A program made the translations under genes and the position numbers. 64,000 nucleotides of DNA from an uncultured Bdellovibrionales bacterium (GTDB lineage Bacteria > Patescibacteriota > Minisyncoccia > Moranbacterales > UBA1568): positions 6,137 to 70,136 of the forward strand of contig CAYWLN010000001.1 in assembly GCA_964459475.1 (NCBI GenBank), written 5' to 3'. The notes beneath the pieces were generated by a model that worked only from the letters and a program-made list of their open reading frames with translations, ran no database searches and was not told the DNA's origin. Numbering within the stretch: position 1 is the stretch's first letter; each line of letters starts with the position of its first letter. Positions 17,552 through 27,806 of this stretch are shown piece after piece.

Positions 17552-18661
17552 TTACCCCTTTAGTGTACTGTGCTTGCTTATATTAAGCAAGATTCCCATG
17601 GCTGCCAAAATCACCGCCAGCGACGTCCCTCCGTAGCTAATAAATGGGAGCGGGATGCCCGTAAGTGGGATGAGTCCCGTGATAGCAGAGATATTGATAA
17701 AAGCCTGAAACACAATCCACGAGACGATACCGACGGCGAGGAGTCGTCCGAATTCATCCGGTGCCCGCGCGGCAATACGGAGTCCACGCCACGCCACAAA
17801 GAGAAAGAGTGAGACCACCACGACAGCGCCGATCATGCCGAGTTCCTCACCGAGGACCGCAAAGATAGAGTCGGTCACCGGCTCGGGGAGATAGTTGAAC
17901 TTTTGACGACTCTGGCCGAGCCCGGCCCCGACGATACCACCTGACCCGATGGCGAGGAGCGCCTGAGTCATCTGATACCCAAATCCCATCGGATCATGCT
18001 CGGGATTCATAAAGACGAGAAAACGCTGCATCCGATACGGGGCAATCTGGATAAGGATAAAAAGAAACAAGAGCCCCCCAGCAAAGAGACTGAGGATATG
18101 ACGGATACTGGCCCCAGAAGCAAAGAAGATAGCGAGCGAAATAAGGAAAATGAGTCCGAGCGTCCCGGTATCAGGCTGTTTGATGATGAGAAAGCCGACG
18201 ATAGAGAGAAGAGCGAGAAATGGCACCAGACCCTCAAAGAAATCGGATGTCTTGGCCCGACCCTTGCCTGAGAGCCAGGCCGAGAGGTAGAGAATGATAG
18301 CAAACTTCATGACCTCTGACGGTTGAAAGGAAATCGGTCCAATCTCGACCCAACGGGCCGCTCCATAGACCGTGGTCCCAAACCCGGGGATAAAAACGAG
18401 GACCAAGAGGACGAGCGCCGTGATAAAGATAGGGAGGACGAAGCGGCGCCACACCCGATAGTCGATTTGCTGGAGAATCAAGAGAAACGTGAGGCCCACT
18501 CCGAGACCAAGGAGTTGCTCCTTCAAGAAATAATAGTCATCACCAAAACGCACTCGACCGTACACCACACCGGCACTGGCGATCATGATGAGGCCGAGAC
18601 CGAGGAGGGATAGGAGAGCAAAAAACAGCGGTCGGTCAAAATTAAACGTTGGTCGTTTCAT
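17552..18661 (-). CDS. ftsW: SEDS protein FtsW
   Basis: GAARW, FQPSE, QPD, LPEPVTDSIF, PLTGIPLPFISYGG; start MKRPTF; upstream of murG. Confidence 0.95.
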   Translation of the reverse strand: MKRPTFNFDRPLFFALLSLLGLGLIMIASAGVVYGRVRFGDDYYFLKEQLLGLGVGLTFLLILQQIDYRVWRRFVLPIFITALVLLVLVFIPGFGTTVYGAARWVEIGPISFQPSEVMKFAIILYLSAWLSGKGRAKTSDFFEGLVPFLALLSIVGFLIIKQPDTGTLGLIFLISLAIFFASGASIRHILSLFAGGLLFLFILIQIAPYRMQRFLVFMNPEHDPMGFGYQMTQALLAIGSGGIVGAGLGQSRQKFNYLPEPVTDSIFAVLGEELGMIGAVVVVSLFLFVAWRGLRIAARAPDEFGRLLAVGIVSWIVFQAFINISAITGLIPLTGIPLPFISYGGTSLAVILAAMGILLNISKHSTLKG

Positions 18662-19343
18662 CGGTTTCTGTTGTTTTGGTATGAGTTTTGGCGACACTCT
18701 CGCGCCACTTGGCGATCGCGGCATGGTGACCGGAGAGGAGCACCTCTGGGACACGATTCCCCCGCCAAACTTCCGGCTTGGTGTACTGCGGGTGCTCGAG
18801 GACGCCAACTACCGTGTGTGACTCGGTCACTGCACTCTCGTCATTGCCGAGTACCCCCGGCACGAGTCGTGCCACCGCGTCGACGACGATCATAGCGGGG
18901 AGTTCTCCGCCCGTGAGCACATATTCGCCAATCGAGAGCTCCTCATCGACGAGATGCTCCGCGACGCGCTCATCGACCCCTTCATAGCGCCCACAGAGAA
19001 GAATCAGTCGATCGTAGGTGGCGAGCCGCTTCACATCATCTTGGGTCATGATTTTGCCCTTGGCAGAAAAGAGAATGGTTCTGGTCGCTTCTGGCTGGTA
19101 GCTTGTAGCATCTCGCTCCTTTACCGCCTGAATACATGCTGCGATCGGCTCGACTTTGAGGACCATGCCTGCCCCACCACCATACGGTGTGTCATCGACT
19201 GTTTTATGCTTGTCATGAGCATAATCACGCAGTTGATGCGTCTCTACTTCAATCAGCCCCTTGTCAGAGGCACGCTTGAGCATCGACACGCCAAAATACG
19301 AGTCAAAACTTTCTGGAAAGAGTGAAATAATATCAAATCTCAT
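18642..19343 (-). CDS. trmD: tRNA (guanine37-N1)-methyltransferase
   Basis: VDDTPYGGGAGMV, CGRYEGVDERV, SIGEYVLTGGE. Confidence 0.98.
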   Translation of the reverse strand: MRFDIISLFPESFDSYFGVSMLKRASDKGLIEVETHQLRDYAHDKHKTVDDTPYGGGAGMVLKVEPIAACIQAVKERDATSYQPEATRTILFSAKGKIMTQDDVKRLATYDRLILLCGRYEGVDERVAEHLVDEELSIGEYVLTGGELPAMIVVDAVARLVPGVLGNDESAVTESHTVVGVLEHPQYTKPEVWRGNRVPEVLLSGHHAAIAKWRESVAKTHTKTTETDETTNV

Positions 19344-19443
19344 GTGAGTCATGTTATCGCCTACATTATCATTCATTGTAGCACAGCCAAGTACAGCTTT
19401 ACAGAAATAAAAAAGTTGCCGGAACTTTGTCCGACAACGATGT

Positions 19444-20247
19444 TTAAACCGGCCTCAATTCCCAATCATTCCCAAGACTGGGGCTCGTGAAGCCTCGTAT
19501 GAGCCTAAGGTTCCGCTCATCGTTCGGCGCTAGAATCACAGACAAGATGCTGTGGAGTTGCCAATCGACTCCTGCTGGCACTTCATCTTGTTCGACGTTC
19601 ACGAGAAATACCGTAATCGGTTGAGCAAACACATCCAGCTTTGTCCTGATTCCGATCGATAATAAGTCATCCAAATCGGGTGGAACCCACACGTTGAGGC
19701 GATATTCCCCCTCTCTCATTACTTGGGAGTTCTCAACTATTATCCGCAATTCAACGACACGCCCCTTGGTAGGAAAGATATCCGATTTCCACAGTGTCCC
19801 CACCAAGCGACAAGTCGCACCGTAATAGCGAGCGACCCGTCTCATATCGTCGAGATACCACGACGCTTGCCGTCGAACATACAGCCGTATACCGTACCAC
19901 TCGATGATGTCTATGAACGCAATGGTACCCACAAACGAAGATAGGTCACTCATCCATTTGGCAGTCAATAAAAGCAATACGGTGTTGATACTGATAAGCA
20001 CCAATGCTCTCTTCCAAGATATGCTCCCTTCGAAGCGCTCCAGATCTCGCGCCAGCGCTGGTCTCGGGTAACCTCCCGGAAATGTCTCTGTGATCGGACT
20101 GTACTGGCGAAGAAATCTCTCGATTCTCCGCTGTATCTCATACAGCCCCATCCCTGACCAATGCGCCAGCTTGCCTGCCATAGCAAAGGTGCCGATGAAG
20201 TAAAGACTCGAGATGAGCACCTCGAACGCCGACAGTTCGAATTTCAT
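19444..20247 (-). CDS. Hypothetical membrane protein
   Basis: Start MKFELS with AGGAG upstream; about 3 TM segments; terminator-like hairpin downstream. Confidence 0.6.
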   Translation of the reverse strand: MKFELSAFEVLISSLYFIGTFAMAGKLAHWSGMGLYEIQRRIERFLRQYSPITETFPGGYPRPALARDLERFEGSISWKRALVLISINTVLLLLTAKWMSDLSSFVGTIAFIDIIEWYGIRLYVRRQASWYLDDMRRVARYYGATCRLVGTLWKSDIFPTKGRVVELRIIVENSQVMREGEYRLNVWVPPDLDDLLSIGIRTKLDVFAQPITVFLVNVEQDEVPAGVDWQLHSILSVILAPNDERNLRLIRGFTSPSLGNDWELRPV

Positions 20248-20420
20248 GGGAAATCTCCTGCGCCGTAGCGCTTGTGGTTGTAAACGTGCCCCTATTGAGA
20301 GGCGATGGGAAGAACGCTGCCAAATTGTATGCAAACAAAAAGGCAGTAGTGAAGGGGTATCAAGAGCACATGCAGGATACCCCTTAGCTACTGCCTCGAA
20401 ACTGCGGGTTTCGAAACAGC

Positions 20421-20447
20421 TGGATCCCGCATCGAGTGCGGGATGAC
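20421..20447. repeat. REP-like palindromic element
   Basis: GGATCCCGCATCGAGTGCGGGATGAC: hairpin with a GTCATCCCG-type end. Confidence 0.65.
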
Positions 20448-20458
20448 GCAGAATTACG

Positions 20459-21826
20459 TCATTTAATCTCACTATATATTGTGTTTCTGTTGAGGGTAAA
20501 TGATTTGATTTCTTTGGTGCCATCAGCCTGGATGACCGTGATCGACACTGGCACATCATTGAGACCCGGTTGCTTCTCTACCTTCAAATCATACCATGTC
20601 CGTTCCATGTCCTTCGGCAAGGTATAGCGAAGCGTCACCGTCTTTTCGGTGCCCAGTGGCACATGGACGAGCATCCCAAAATACTTTTTGTTGGCAAACT
20701 CACCAAATACGGGTTCGGTCGCGGTATTGGTCGCACTCGTGAGATAGCTCCCCTGTGGCACATAGACCCGGAGGAACGTCTGATAGTCTTTGGTAAACCA
20801 ATCCTTTTTCACGGCAGTGTGACGATACGTCACCGCGAGGGTCACTTCGGGGGCATCCTTGCCGAGGTCTACGGTATAATCATACGAACGCTTGACGAAA
20901 TAGTCACTCTTAAATGAGTTCAGGTTCGCATCCACGAGGAGGAGATAATCATCCTGCCAGTCGAGATCGAGACGTCCGTCCCAACCAGCTGCCACCACCG
21001 TCGCCTGCAGATTCTCATCACGAAACAAGAGCTGGACGTCTTTGCGATTGAGATCGTCGAGCATGACCTGGAAGAGCTCATACTTCTTGTTGAGAGGCAG
21101 GGCTTTGACTCGCTCGAGTATCTCGAGTCCGAGGATTCCCATCACTGATTTGCGTTCCCCAAAGTCGATATTTTGCTTGAGATAGCCCTGTTCCACCTGA
21201 TACTCAAGATCGAGGATAGCATTGTCGGCCCCATAGGTCCCTGGGTAGCCCTCGAGTTCCACCGGTCCAGTTACCCGGAGGAATGAGGTGAGGACGTTCG
21301 TAGTCACACCGATAATACCATCAAACTTTTCACCCCCCTGCCCCATCTGATAAAACGTTTCGGCCCACTTGGCATTTTCGGCAAAGTCAGGAGAATAGTT
21401 CGAATCACGAAACTTCCACGAAGGAATCTTGAGGGTTTCTTTCATGGGGTACGGTGGAGCAACCGTGTCGGGGATACGTCCGTCAAAGTTGCCGGTGTCA
21501 TGGACCAGAAATTGGGTGATATGACCATCACGAACCTTGAGAATACCAAAACTCCCGATGAAGCCACCGCCTGGGCGGAGCTCCATGCTATTCTGGAACA
21601 ACAACAGAAATGTTTTTTCCTGGCCATCGGTATCGAGGAGTGAGTCAGCGAGCGAGATGACGGTGTCGAGATCGGTCCGCGTCTCTTGCCCTACCGGGAG
21701 AATCCCAAGGAGCCGCTTCAGACTCTCGAGCCCGTGCGTGCGCACTTCCCAAAACACAAACCAACCGGTCAAAAAAATGACCGCCACGGTAACAAAGATG
21801 ATCCAAAACTTCTTAGAATGTTGCAT
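20459..21826 (-). CDS. DUF4012 domain membrane-anchored protein
   Basis: LLLFQNSMELRPGGGFIGS, RDSNYSPDF, YLRVYVP-like, KQPG. Confidence 0.9.
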   Translation of the reverse strand: MQHSKKFWIIFVTVAVIFLTGWFVFWEVRTHGLESLKRLLGILPVGQETRTDLDTVISLADSLLDTDGQEKTFLLLFQNSMELRPGGGFIGSFGILKVRDGHITQFLVHDTGNFDGRIPDTVAPPYPMKETLKIPSWKFRDSNYSPDFAENAKWAETFYQMGQGGEKFDGIIGVTTNVLTSFLRVTGPVELEGYPGTYGADNAILDLEYQVEQGYLKQNIDFGERKSVMGILGLEILERVKALPLNKKYELFQVMLDDLNRKDVQLLFRDENLQATVVAAGWDGRLDLDWQDDYLLLVDANLNSFKSDYFVKRSYDYTVDLGKDAPEVTLAVTYRHTAVKKDWFTKDYQTFLRVYVPQGSYLTSATNTATEPVFGEFANKKYFGMLVHVPLGTEKTVTLRYTLPKDMERTWYDLKVEKQPGLNDVPVSITVIQADGTKEIKSFTLNRNTIYSEIK

Positions 21827-21842
21827 GGTGATAGAAAAGAAA

Positions 21843-22853
21843 TTATTTTCCACCTGAAAGGAGTTCGTTCAGACGTCGTTTGTATTCTTCGATGGTCGGT
21901 TCATCCTTCTTCACTGGTTCCGGTGTGGCCGGCGCAATCGGAGTCGACTCGACAAAGCCATTCATGACCGGGAGATCAGCGAGCTCGGTCGTCTCCTCTG
22001 CTTCATCATCTGGGAAATTGGTCTCAAACTGAAAAGGGAGCTCGGTCGCATCCATCCCCGGGAGCAGTCGCTCCGTAGTCACACTTTCCGCCTCCGCTTT
22101 AGCCGGGGTCTCAGGTGTCTCTACCCGTGGTTTGGGAGCGGACTCAAATGTCATCACCGGACGCTCCGGGACAAATTTCTGAGGATCGATATATGGGACA
22201 CTCGCCCCGACTGGAAACTCAGGCGTCCGTCCTCGATCCCGACCAAAAAGAGTCGGGAGGAGCGACAGAAGCATAAAGAAAAGAGTGGTCAAAAAAAGCG
22301 CACTCCCGAGGCTCGTCACGACATACCGTATCGGCTCCCCGACAACCGTCTTGATGATTGGTTCATCAACGACGCGGAGATCGATATCGGTCTTCACATT
22401 ATAATAGAAAGCAGCCACCGCAAACAGGGCCCGCCCGGTCTCTTCTGAGAGACGCTTGGCCGATTCTGGTGACGCTTCGCGCGCGGTCACGACGAGTACG
22501 CCACTTTGAGCGCTACGATTGACGGTCACCATCTCGTTCCAGGCAGCTTTTCGCTCATCCTTGGTATACCCTTCGAAATGATCATCAATGAGATCATTGC
22601 CAGCGAGCACTCGCTCATAGAACGACAAATTGCGTGAAAGCTCGGTAAAGTTCTCAACCACCTGATCGGTTGCGACCGTAGGCACTTTGCCAATGACGAG
22701 GATACGCATCTCTGACTGATACACCCGGTAATCATCCAGCCATAAGAGAAGCGACGCGAGGGTGACAAAAAAAAGCGCCACAAAAAAAGAGCGACGCCAG
22801 GACGCATGAATCGGAATAAAATTAGCGACCTTGAGATTTGACATAGTGTTCAT
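21843..22853 (-). CDS. Wzz/CpsC-like polysaccharide chain-length protein with acidic tail
   Basis: Two TM segments around a soluble domain; similar to 36197-36859; glycan-locus context. Confidence 0.65.
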   Translation of the reverse strand: MNTMSNLKVANFIPIHASWRRSFFVALFFVTLASLLLWLDDYRVYQSEMRILVIGKVPTVATDQVVENFTELSRNLSFYERVLAGNDLIDDHFEGYTKDERKAAWNEMVTVNRSAQSGVLVVTAREASPESAKRLSEETGRALFAVAAFYYNVKTDIDLRVVDEPIIKTVVGEPIRYVVTSLGSALFLTTLFFMLLSLLPTLFGRDRGRTPEFPVGASVPYIDPQKFVPERPVMTFESAPKPRVETPETPAKAEAESVTTERLLPGMDATELPFQFETNFPDDEAEETTELADLPVMNGFVESTPIAPATPEPVKKDEPTIEEYKRRLNELLSGGK

Positions 22854-23985
22854 TCAAATTGCCTCCCGTCACATCGCGGTACACTTCGATCGTTTTCTTG
22901 GCCACGGCTTCCCAGCTGTAGTGCTCACGGACTCGCTCCTGAGCAGCCCGACCGAGGACAGCCACTTCGTCACTTTTGTTGATGAAATAGGCCAATTCTT
23001 TTTTGAGCCCTTCGATATCTTTGACTGGGAAGTAAGCGCCCGTATTGGCTACAGCCTCTTTGTGTGGTTCGATATCACTCACAAGTGGCAGGAGTCCGTG
23101 TCCCATCGCCTCCAGGAGAGCAAGCGACAATCCCTCTTGCTCAGAAGGCTGGACGTAGAGGTAGGCATGCGAATAGAGAGATTCCATCGCCTGTCCTGTC
23201 CGCTCACCGGCCATGATGATATTGGAGCGTCCCTCTGCCAAGTGCTTGAGAAACTTTTCGTACTCTTCGGTATCAGCATGTGTCCCCACGATCACCAACT
23301 TAAAGTTGTTGGGGATACGATTGGTGTCCTCCAGTTCCTTAAAGGCCTTGATGAGATAGTGTGTCCCTTTGTGTGGGACGAGCCGATGCACCGCGAGGAG
23401 ATAGCGCTTGGAACGAAGCCCAAGTTCGGAAAGTACGGTTGTATCTGATTCAAAAGCTACTTCGGCCCCACTCGGGATAAAGGTCACCGTGCGACCATAG
23501 GTCGATTTGGCATAGTCGATGAGGGTCTCACTTGAGACGATGGTGCGCTCCGGCACCGTACACGTGATGTATTCGGCCATATGGAGAAAGGTACGCGCCA
23601 TCCACCCCCACTTCTTGTGGGTATAATCACGACTGTGGAACGTCGCGACGACGCGACACTTGGGCTTCAAGAGTCGTGGGATGATTGAGAGGATGCTCGG
23701 CCCGATCGACTGATAGTGGATCACATCATACTCGGCAAAGAGGGCATGGAGCGTCGCAAACAGTGTATGCGAGATAGCATCGAGATGCTTGGTGTGGATA
23801 CTCGGGACATGCACGAGCTTCACCCCCTGAAAGGTCTCGAGTGTCACCGGGGTATAGTGTGAACGGACATAGACCGTCACCTCATGACCCTCAGCCACGA
23901 GACGAGTCGAGAGTTTCTCGACGTGCTTCTCCACCCCGCCCGCGATGGCAGGGATTCCCTTCTGGCCGATGAATGCAATTTTCAT
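22822..23985 (-). CDS. Glycosyltransferase family 4
   Basis: GQKGIPAIAGGVEKHV, RLVPHKG, EGLSLALLEAM. Confidence 0.93.
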   Translation of the reverse strand: MKIAFIGQKGIPAIAGGVEKHVEKLSTRLVAEGHEVTVYVRSHYTPVTLETFQGVKLVHVPSIHTKHLDAISHTLFATLHALFAEYDVIHYQSIGPSILSIIPRLLKPKCRVVATFHSRDYTHKKWGWMARTFLHMAEYITCTVPERTIVSSETLIDYAKSTYGRTVTFIPSGAEVAFESDTTVLSELGLRSKRYLLAVHRLVPHKGTHYLIKAFKELEDTNRIPNNFKLVIVGTHADTEEYEKFLKHLAEGRSNIIMAGERTGQAMESLYSHAYLYVQPSEQEGLSLALLEAMGHGLLPLVSDIEPHKEAVANTGAYFPVKDIEGLKKELAYFINKSDEVAVLGRAAQERVREHYSWEAVAKKTIEVYRDVTGGNLNEHYVKSQGR

Positions 23986-24021
23986 ACTCAAACGGTCATG
24001 AGAGACGAGTCTCTCGGTGGG

Positions 24022-24978
24022 TTAGAAACCACGAAGTACCGGTGAAGTGCTGCCGACACGATTGGTGTCGATGCGATTGTCATTGATCCCTGTACCGAGA
24101 ATAATACCACCGAATGACTTGTAGCCGTTAGCAGTACGAGCGACACGAGCGATACCGTAGCGTCCATTGCCTACCAACTGGGCTTTCTTCAAGCCCACGT
24201 TACCGGCGGCACCATACGAGTTCACTTCGACACCCTCGCGGGCGTTGTTGCGGATACTGTTGGATTTAGACCATACCGAAGCGCCATCGAGAACCACCTT
24301 GATACCGGATCCGCCGTTACTATTGATGCGGTTGTCTTCGAGCCATGCCTCCATGCTGGCGGCCAGGTCGAGACCATCGCTCTTGTTGTTATGGATATTG
24401 CTATTGATAACGACGATATCACGCTTCTCAGAGTAGATACCGGCGCGAGCACTGTCTCGCACTTCAACGCTGTCGATCAGGGCTCGGTGCTTCTTATCAC
24501 GAGGAGCCGAGTCGATATGGATACCATCACGGCCACTCTTCTTGATAGTCACCTTGTAGATCTTGGCCTTGGCATCCTCGAGGACACGCACGCCATGACG
24601 ACCGCCTTCAATCGTGAGGAAGTTGAGTTCCGTCTGATGCTTCATAGTCACCGTCGGCTTGTCGCCGTTGTCAGACTTGATCACGACATCGCCGATATCT
24701 TTCTTCTTCCCAAAAAGCTTCACGCCCTTGGGAATGGTGATGTTTTCTTTGTACGTTCCCTTGGAAATATGAACGTTCGTTCCTTCCTTGGCGTTCTTGA
24801 GCGCTTTGGAGATACTGTGATACGGATGATTCGAGGTTCCCTCTTCAGAACCCTTGGCGTCCTTATCGACATAAACGTCTTTGGAGCCACCCAAAACAAT
24901 CACCGGGACGGCGATCAAAAGAGTCAGTGCGGTACCGAGTAAAACCTCTCGGGAAAGCCAAAAGTTACGACTTTGCAT
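24022..24978 (-). CDS. Right-handed beta-helix (DUF1565/pectin-lyase-like) surface protein
   Basis: TM anchor, YVD...GTSNHPYHSISKAL, GTYKENITI, repeated NN.DG/NG..GI beta-helix rungs. Confidence 0.85.
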   Translation of the reverse strand: MQSRNFWLSREVLLGTALTLLIAVPVIVLGGSKDVYVDKDAKGSEEGTSNHPYHSISKALKNAKEGTNVHISKGTYKENITIPKGVKLFGKKKDIGDVVIKSDNGDKPTVTMKHQTELNFLTIEGGRHGVRVLEDAKAKIYKVTIKKSGRDGIHIDSAPRDKKHRALIDSVEVRDSARAGIYSEKRDIVVINSNIHNNKSDGLDLAASMEAWLEDNRINSNGGSGIKVVLDGASVWSKSNSIRNNAREGVEVNSYGAAGNVGLKKAQLVGNGRYGIARVARTANGYKSFGGIILGTGINDNRIDTNRVGSTSPVLRGF

Positions 24979-25094
24979 AGGGAGACATGAGTCAATTTTT
25001 AGACCTTTTATCTTAGCAAATTTTCGGCTTTTTGTCAAGGGTATGGTTTTGCGGTAAAATAGAGACACAAAATAGCCTAAAACAAACACTCCGT

Positions 25095-27200
25095 ATGAAT
25101 CTCAATCCTCTCTTTTCTCCGCGTTCTATCGCCGTCGTCGGTGCTTCGACCAAAGTCGGCAGTGTCGGCTCAAGTCTCACCAAGAACCTCCTCTCCTACG
25201 GCTACACCGGGCACATCTACCCCGTCAATCCCAAAACTGACCGTCTCTTTGATCTCCCCTGCTACCCCAGCCTCTCCGATATCAAGGAAGAAATCGATCT
25301 CGCCATCATCATCATCCCGGCTGCCCTCGTACCAGCCGTACTCCGGGAAGTCGGCGAAAAAGATATCCCCGCAGCGGTCATCATCTCATCAGGATTCAAA
25401 GAGACCGGAGCGGATGGTACCGCGCTTGAGGATGAGGTACGTGAGATCGCCGAAGAATACAACATTGCCCTCCTCGGACCCAACTGTCTCGGTTTTCTCC
25501 ATCCCGCGCTTGGTCTCAATGCCTCGTTTGCCAGTGGTATGCCCAAAGTGGGGGGTATCACCTTCTTTTCCCAAAGTGGCGCCCTCTGTACAGCCCTCCT
25601 TGATCTCTCGGCGGGACGACTCGGATTCTCAGCCTTTGTGAGTGACGGCAACAAGGCCATCCTCAGCGAAAAAGAGTTCCTCGAGTACTTTGCCCAGGAT
25701 GAAGAGACGAAAGTGCTCTCCTTCTACACGGAGGGTATGCGCGATAGTAAACATATCATCGAGACTGGTCGCGCCATCCTCGCTCGCTCCGAGCCCAAGC
25801 CCGTGATCGCACTCAAGTCCGGCACCACCGATGCCGGGACCGCCGCCTCAAGCTCACATACCGGGGCGCTTGCTGGGAGTAACGCTGCCTATGAAGCCCT
25901 CTTCCGCCAGGCGCGCATCATCCGCGCCGAGTCCCTCCAGTCACTGGCCAACCTCCTCATGGTCTTTTCTCGCAATCCCCTCCCCGAGGGAAAGCGGATC
26001 GGGATTATCACGAACGCCGGTGGTCTCGGTGTCCTCGCCACTGATATGGCCTCGCAGTGTGGCCTCACCCTCGCCACCCTCTCCGGAGAAACCGTCACCG
26101 CCCTTGACCCTCTCCCACCCTCGGCCTCTCGACACAACCCGGTCGATGTCTTGGGTGATGCTCCAGCCGACCGCTATCGTCTCGCCCTCGAGGCACTCGC
26201 CCGTGATCCCGAAGTCGACATGCTCCTCGTCATCATCACTCCCCAAACGACGACCGAGGTACGTGACACGGCGCTGGCTATCGTCGATACCAAACATCAT
26301 ACCGAGAAACCGATCGTCGCTATCATGTCAGGCGCTGGCGCCTTTGCCGAAGGGATAGCGATCCTCGATGAACACGAAGTAGCTGTCCTCACCTATCCCG
26401 AGGACGGGGCCCGTGCCCTCGGAGCGCTCGCTCAGGTCGCCAATTGGCGCACACACCAACTCTCTACTCCGTTTGCCTGGAGTGATATCGACCGAACCAG
26501 CGCGCAGAAGATTATCAAACAGGTGAGGGCTGATGGACGGACCACGCTCTACGAATCCGAAGTCTGGGACGTCCTCTCGGCCTATGGGTTTCAGTTCCTC
26601 CGAAGTGCTACGGTACACAGTGCCGACGAAGCTCGAGAGGCGAGTCGGGATTTTACTGGTCCGGTCGCCCTCAAAATAGTCTCACCCGATATCAGTCACA
26701 AGTCTGATGCTGGTGGCGTCATGCTCAATGTTAAACCAGAAGAGGCTGGGGAACAGTATGACGCGCTCCTCGCCCGAGTGGCCGAACATGTGCCCGAGGC
26801 CAAACTCGAGGGCGCGCTCATGGTCGAGATGGCTGAGACCGGTGGTCGTGAGATCATCCTCGGGATGAAAGAAGAGCCAGGACTCGGCCAGCTCCTTATG
26901 GTGGGACTCGGTGGTATCTATGTCGAGACCTTTCATGATGTAGCGTTCCGGTTTGCCCCACTCACCGAAGAAGACGCCCGTGAGATGGTCAGTGAGCTCG
27001 CGAGTCTCCCGCTCCTCACTGGTACCCGTGGACAGGCTGGCATCGATATGGACACGCTTCTCGGTGCCATCGGCCGGCTCTCGCTCCTCGTCCGAGACTT
27101 CCCAGAAATTGCCGAACTCGATATCAATCCCCTCCTCGCTTTTCCTGAAGCCTCGCGTTTCCGGGTCCTCGATGCCCGCATCCGATTGAAAGAAATCTAA
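25095..27200 (+). CDS. ADP-forming acetate/acyl-CoA ligase (alpha-beta fusion)
   Basis: PRSIAVVGAS, GPNCLG, SQSGAL, SSHTGALAG phospho-His, NPVDVLGDA, HKSDAGGV ATP-grasp, ELDINPL. Confidence 0.95.
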   Translation: MNLNPLFSPRSIAVVGASTKVGSVGSSLTKNLLSYGYTGHIYPVNPKTDRLFDLPCYPSLSDIKEEIDLAIIIIPAALVPAVLREVGEKDIPAAVIISSGFKETGADGTALEDEVREIAEEYNIALLGPNCLGFLHPALGLNASFASGMPKVGGITFFSQSGALCTALLDLSAGRLGFSAFVSDGNKAILSEKEFLEYFAQDEETKVLSFYTEGMRDSKHIIETGRAILARSEPKPVIALKSGTTDAGTAASSSHTGALAGSNAAYEALFRQARIIRAESLQSLANLLMVFSRNPLPEGKRIGIITNAGGLGVLATDMASQCGLTLATLSGETVTALDPLPPSASRHNPVDVLGDAPADRYRLALEALARDPEVDMLLVIITPQTTTEVRDTALAIVDTKHHTEKPIVAIMSGAGAFAEGIAILDEHEVAVLTYPEDGARALGALAQVANWRTHQLSTPFAWSDIDRTSAQKIIKQVRADGRTTLYESEVWDVLSAYGFQFLRSATVHSADEAREASRDFTGPVALKIVSPDISHKSDAGGVMLNVKPEEAGEQYDALLARVAEHVPEAKLEGALMVEMAETGGREIILGMKEEPGLGQLLMVGLGGIYVETFHDVAFRFAPLTEEDAREMVSELASLPLLTGTRGQAGIDMDTLLGAIGRLSLLVRDFPEIAELDINPLLAFPEASRFRVLDARIRLKEI

Positions 27201-27260
27201 GTAAAGAAAAAAGCAGCCGGCCGCGATTGCGGTGACTGCTCGAAGGTTCCGGTCAGATGC

Positions 27261-27764
27261 TCATGTACGGAGACCAGGGTCATCCGTGCGACGAAGGATT
27301 GACTCTCGCCGGCGCTTGAAATGCTCGGACGAAAATCGTTCGACAAACACCAAGAGATCGTCGACCGAATCGAAGACCCCGATTCTTTGGAGACCTTTGT
27401 CTCCAGCCCACAGCCGGTCCGAGAAACACTCAGCCCTGAAATACGGGTCCGTCTTCTCACCCGTCTTAGAATTTCTGAGCTGAAGGACCATTGCCTCACA
27501 CTTGGCGGGCTCCACGTAGCGGGTCCCGTCCTGCATGGGGTGCATGTACTCGCCCACCTGCTGTTCGAGCACCCACATGATGGCCCGAGCACGGACAGAT
27601 TCTTCCCGTGAGGGACGCACCACTTCTACGGGGATGAAACGATCCCCAGCTACGGCATTCTTGGGCACGTAGACGACAGAAAATTCGCCCTCGCCCGCAA
27701 ACGCAGCCGTCACGGTCAACAGGTAACCCAGCAACAAGGACCAGAAAATTTTCAACGCGGTCAT
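27261..27764 (-). CDS. Hypothetical secreted protein
   Basis: Signal peptide ending AAFA; GGGGAG upstream of the start. Confidence 0.65.
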   Translation of the reverse strand: MTALKIFWSLLLGYLLTVTAAFAGEGEFSVVYVPKNAVAGDRFIPVEVVRPSREESVRARAIMWVLEQQVGEYMHPMQDGTRYVEPAKCEAMVLQLRNSKTGEKTDPYFRAECFSDRLWAGDKGLQRIGVFDSVDDLLVFVERFSSEHFKRRRESILRRTDDPGLRT

Positions 27765-27806
27765 TACTCCCCCTCAGGGTGGTTGGAAATGTTAAACAGC
27801 TACAAT

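Noticed and set aside
18662-18808. N-terminal extension of FtsW in the ORF track
   Set aside because: It overlaps trmD in another frame; the true start is likely MKRPTF at 18661.
20248-20559. N-terminal extension of the 371-aa ORF
   Set aside because: It runs through a palindromic repeat and the DUF4012 gene end; an SD supports the start at 20247.
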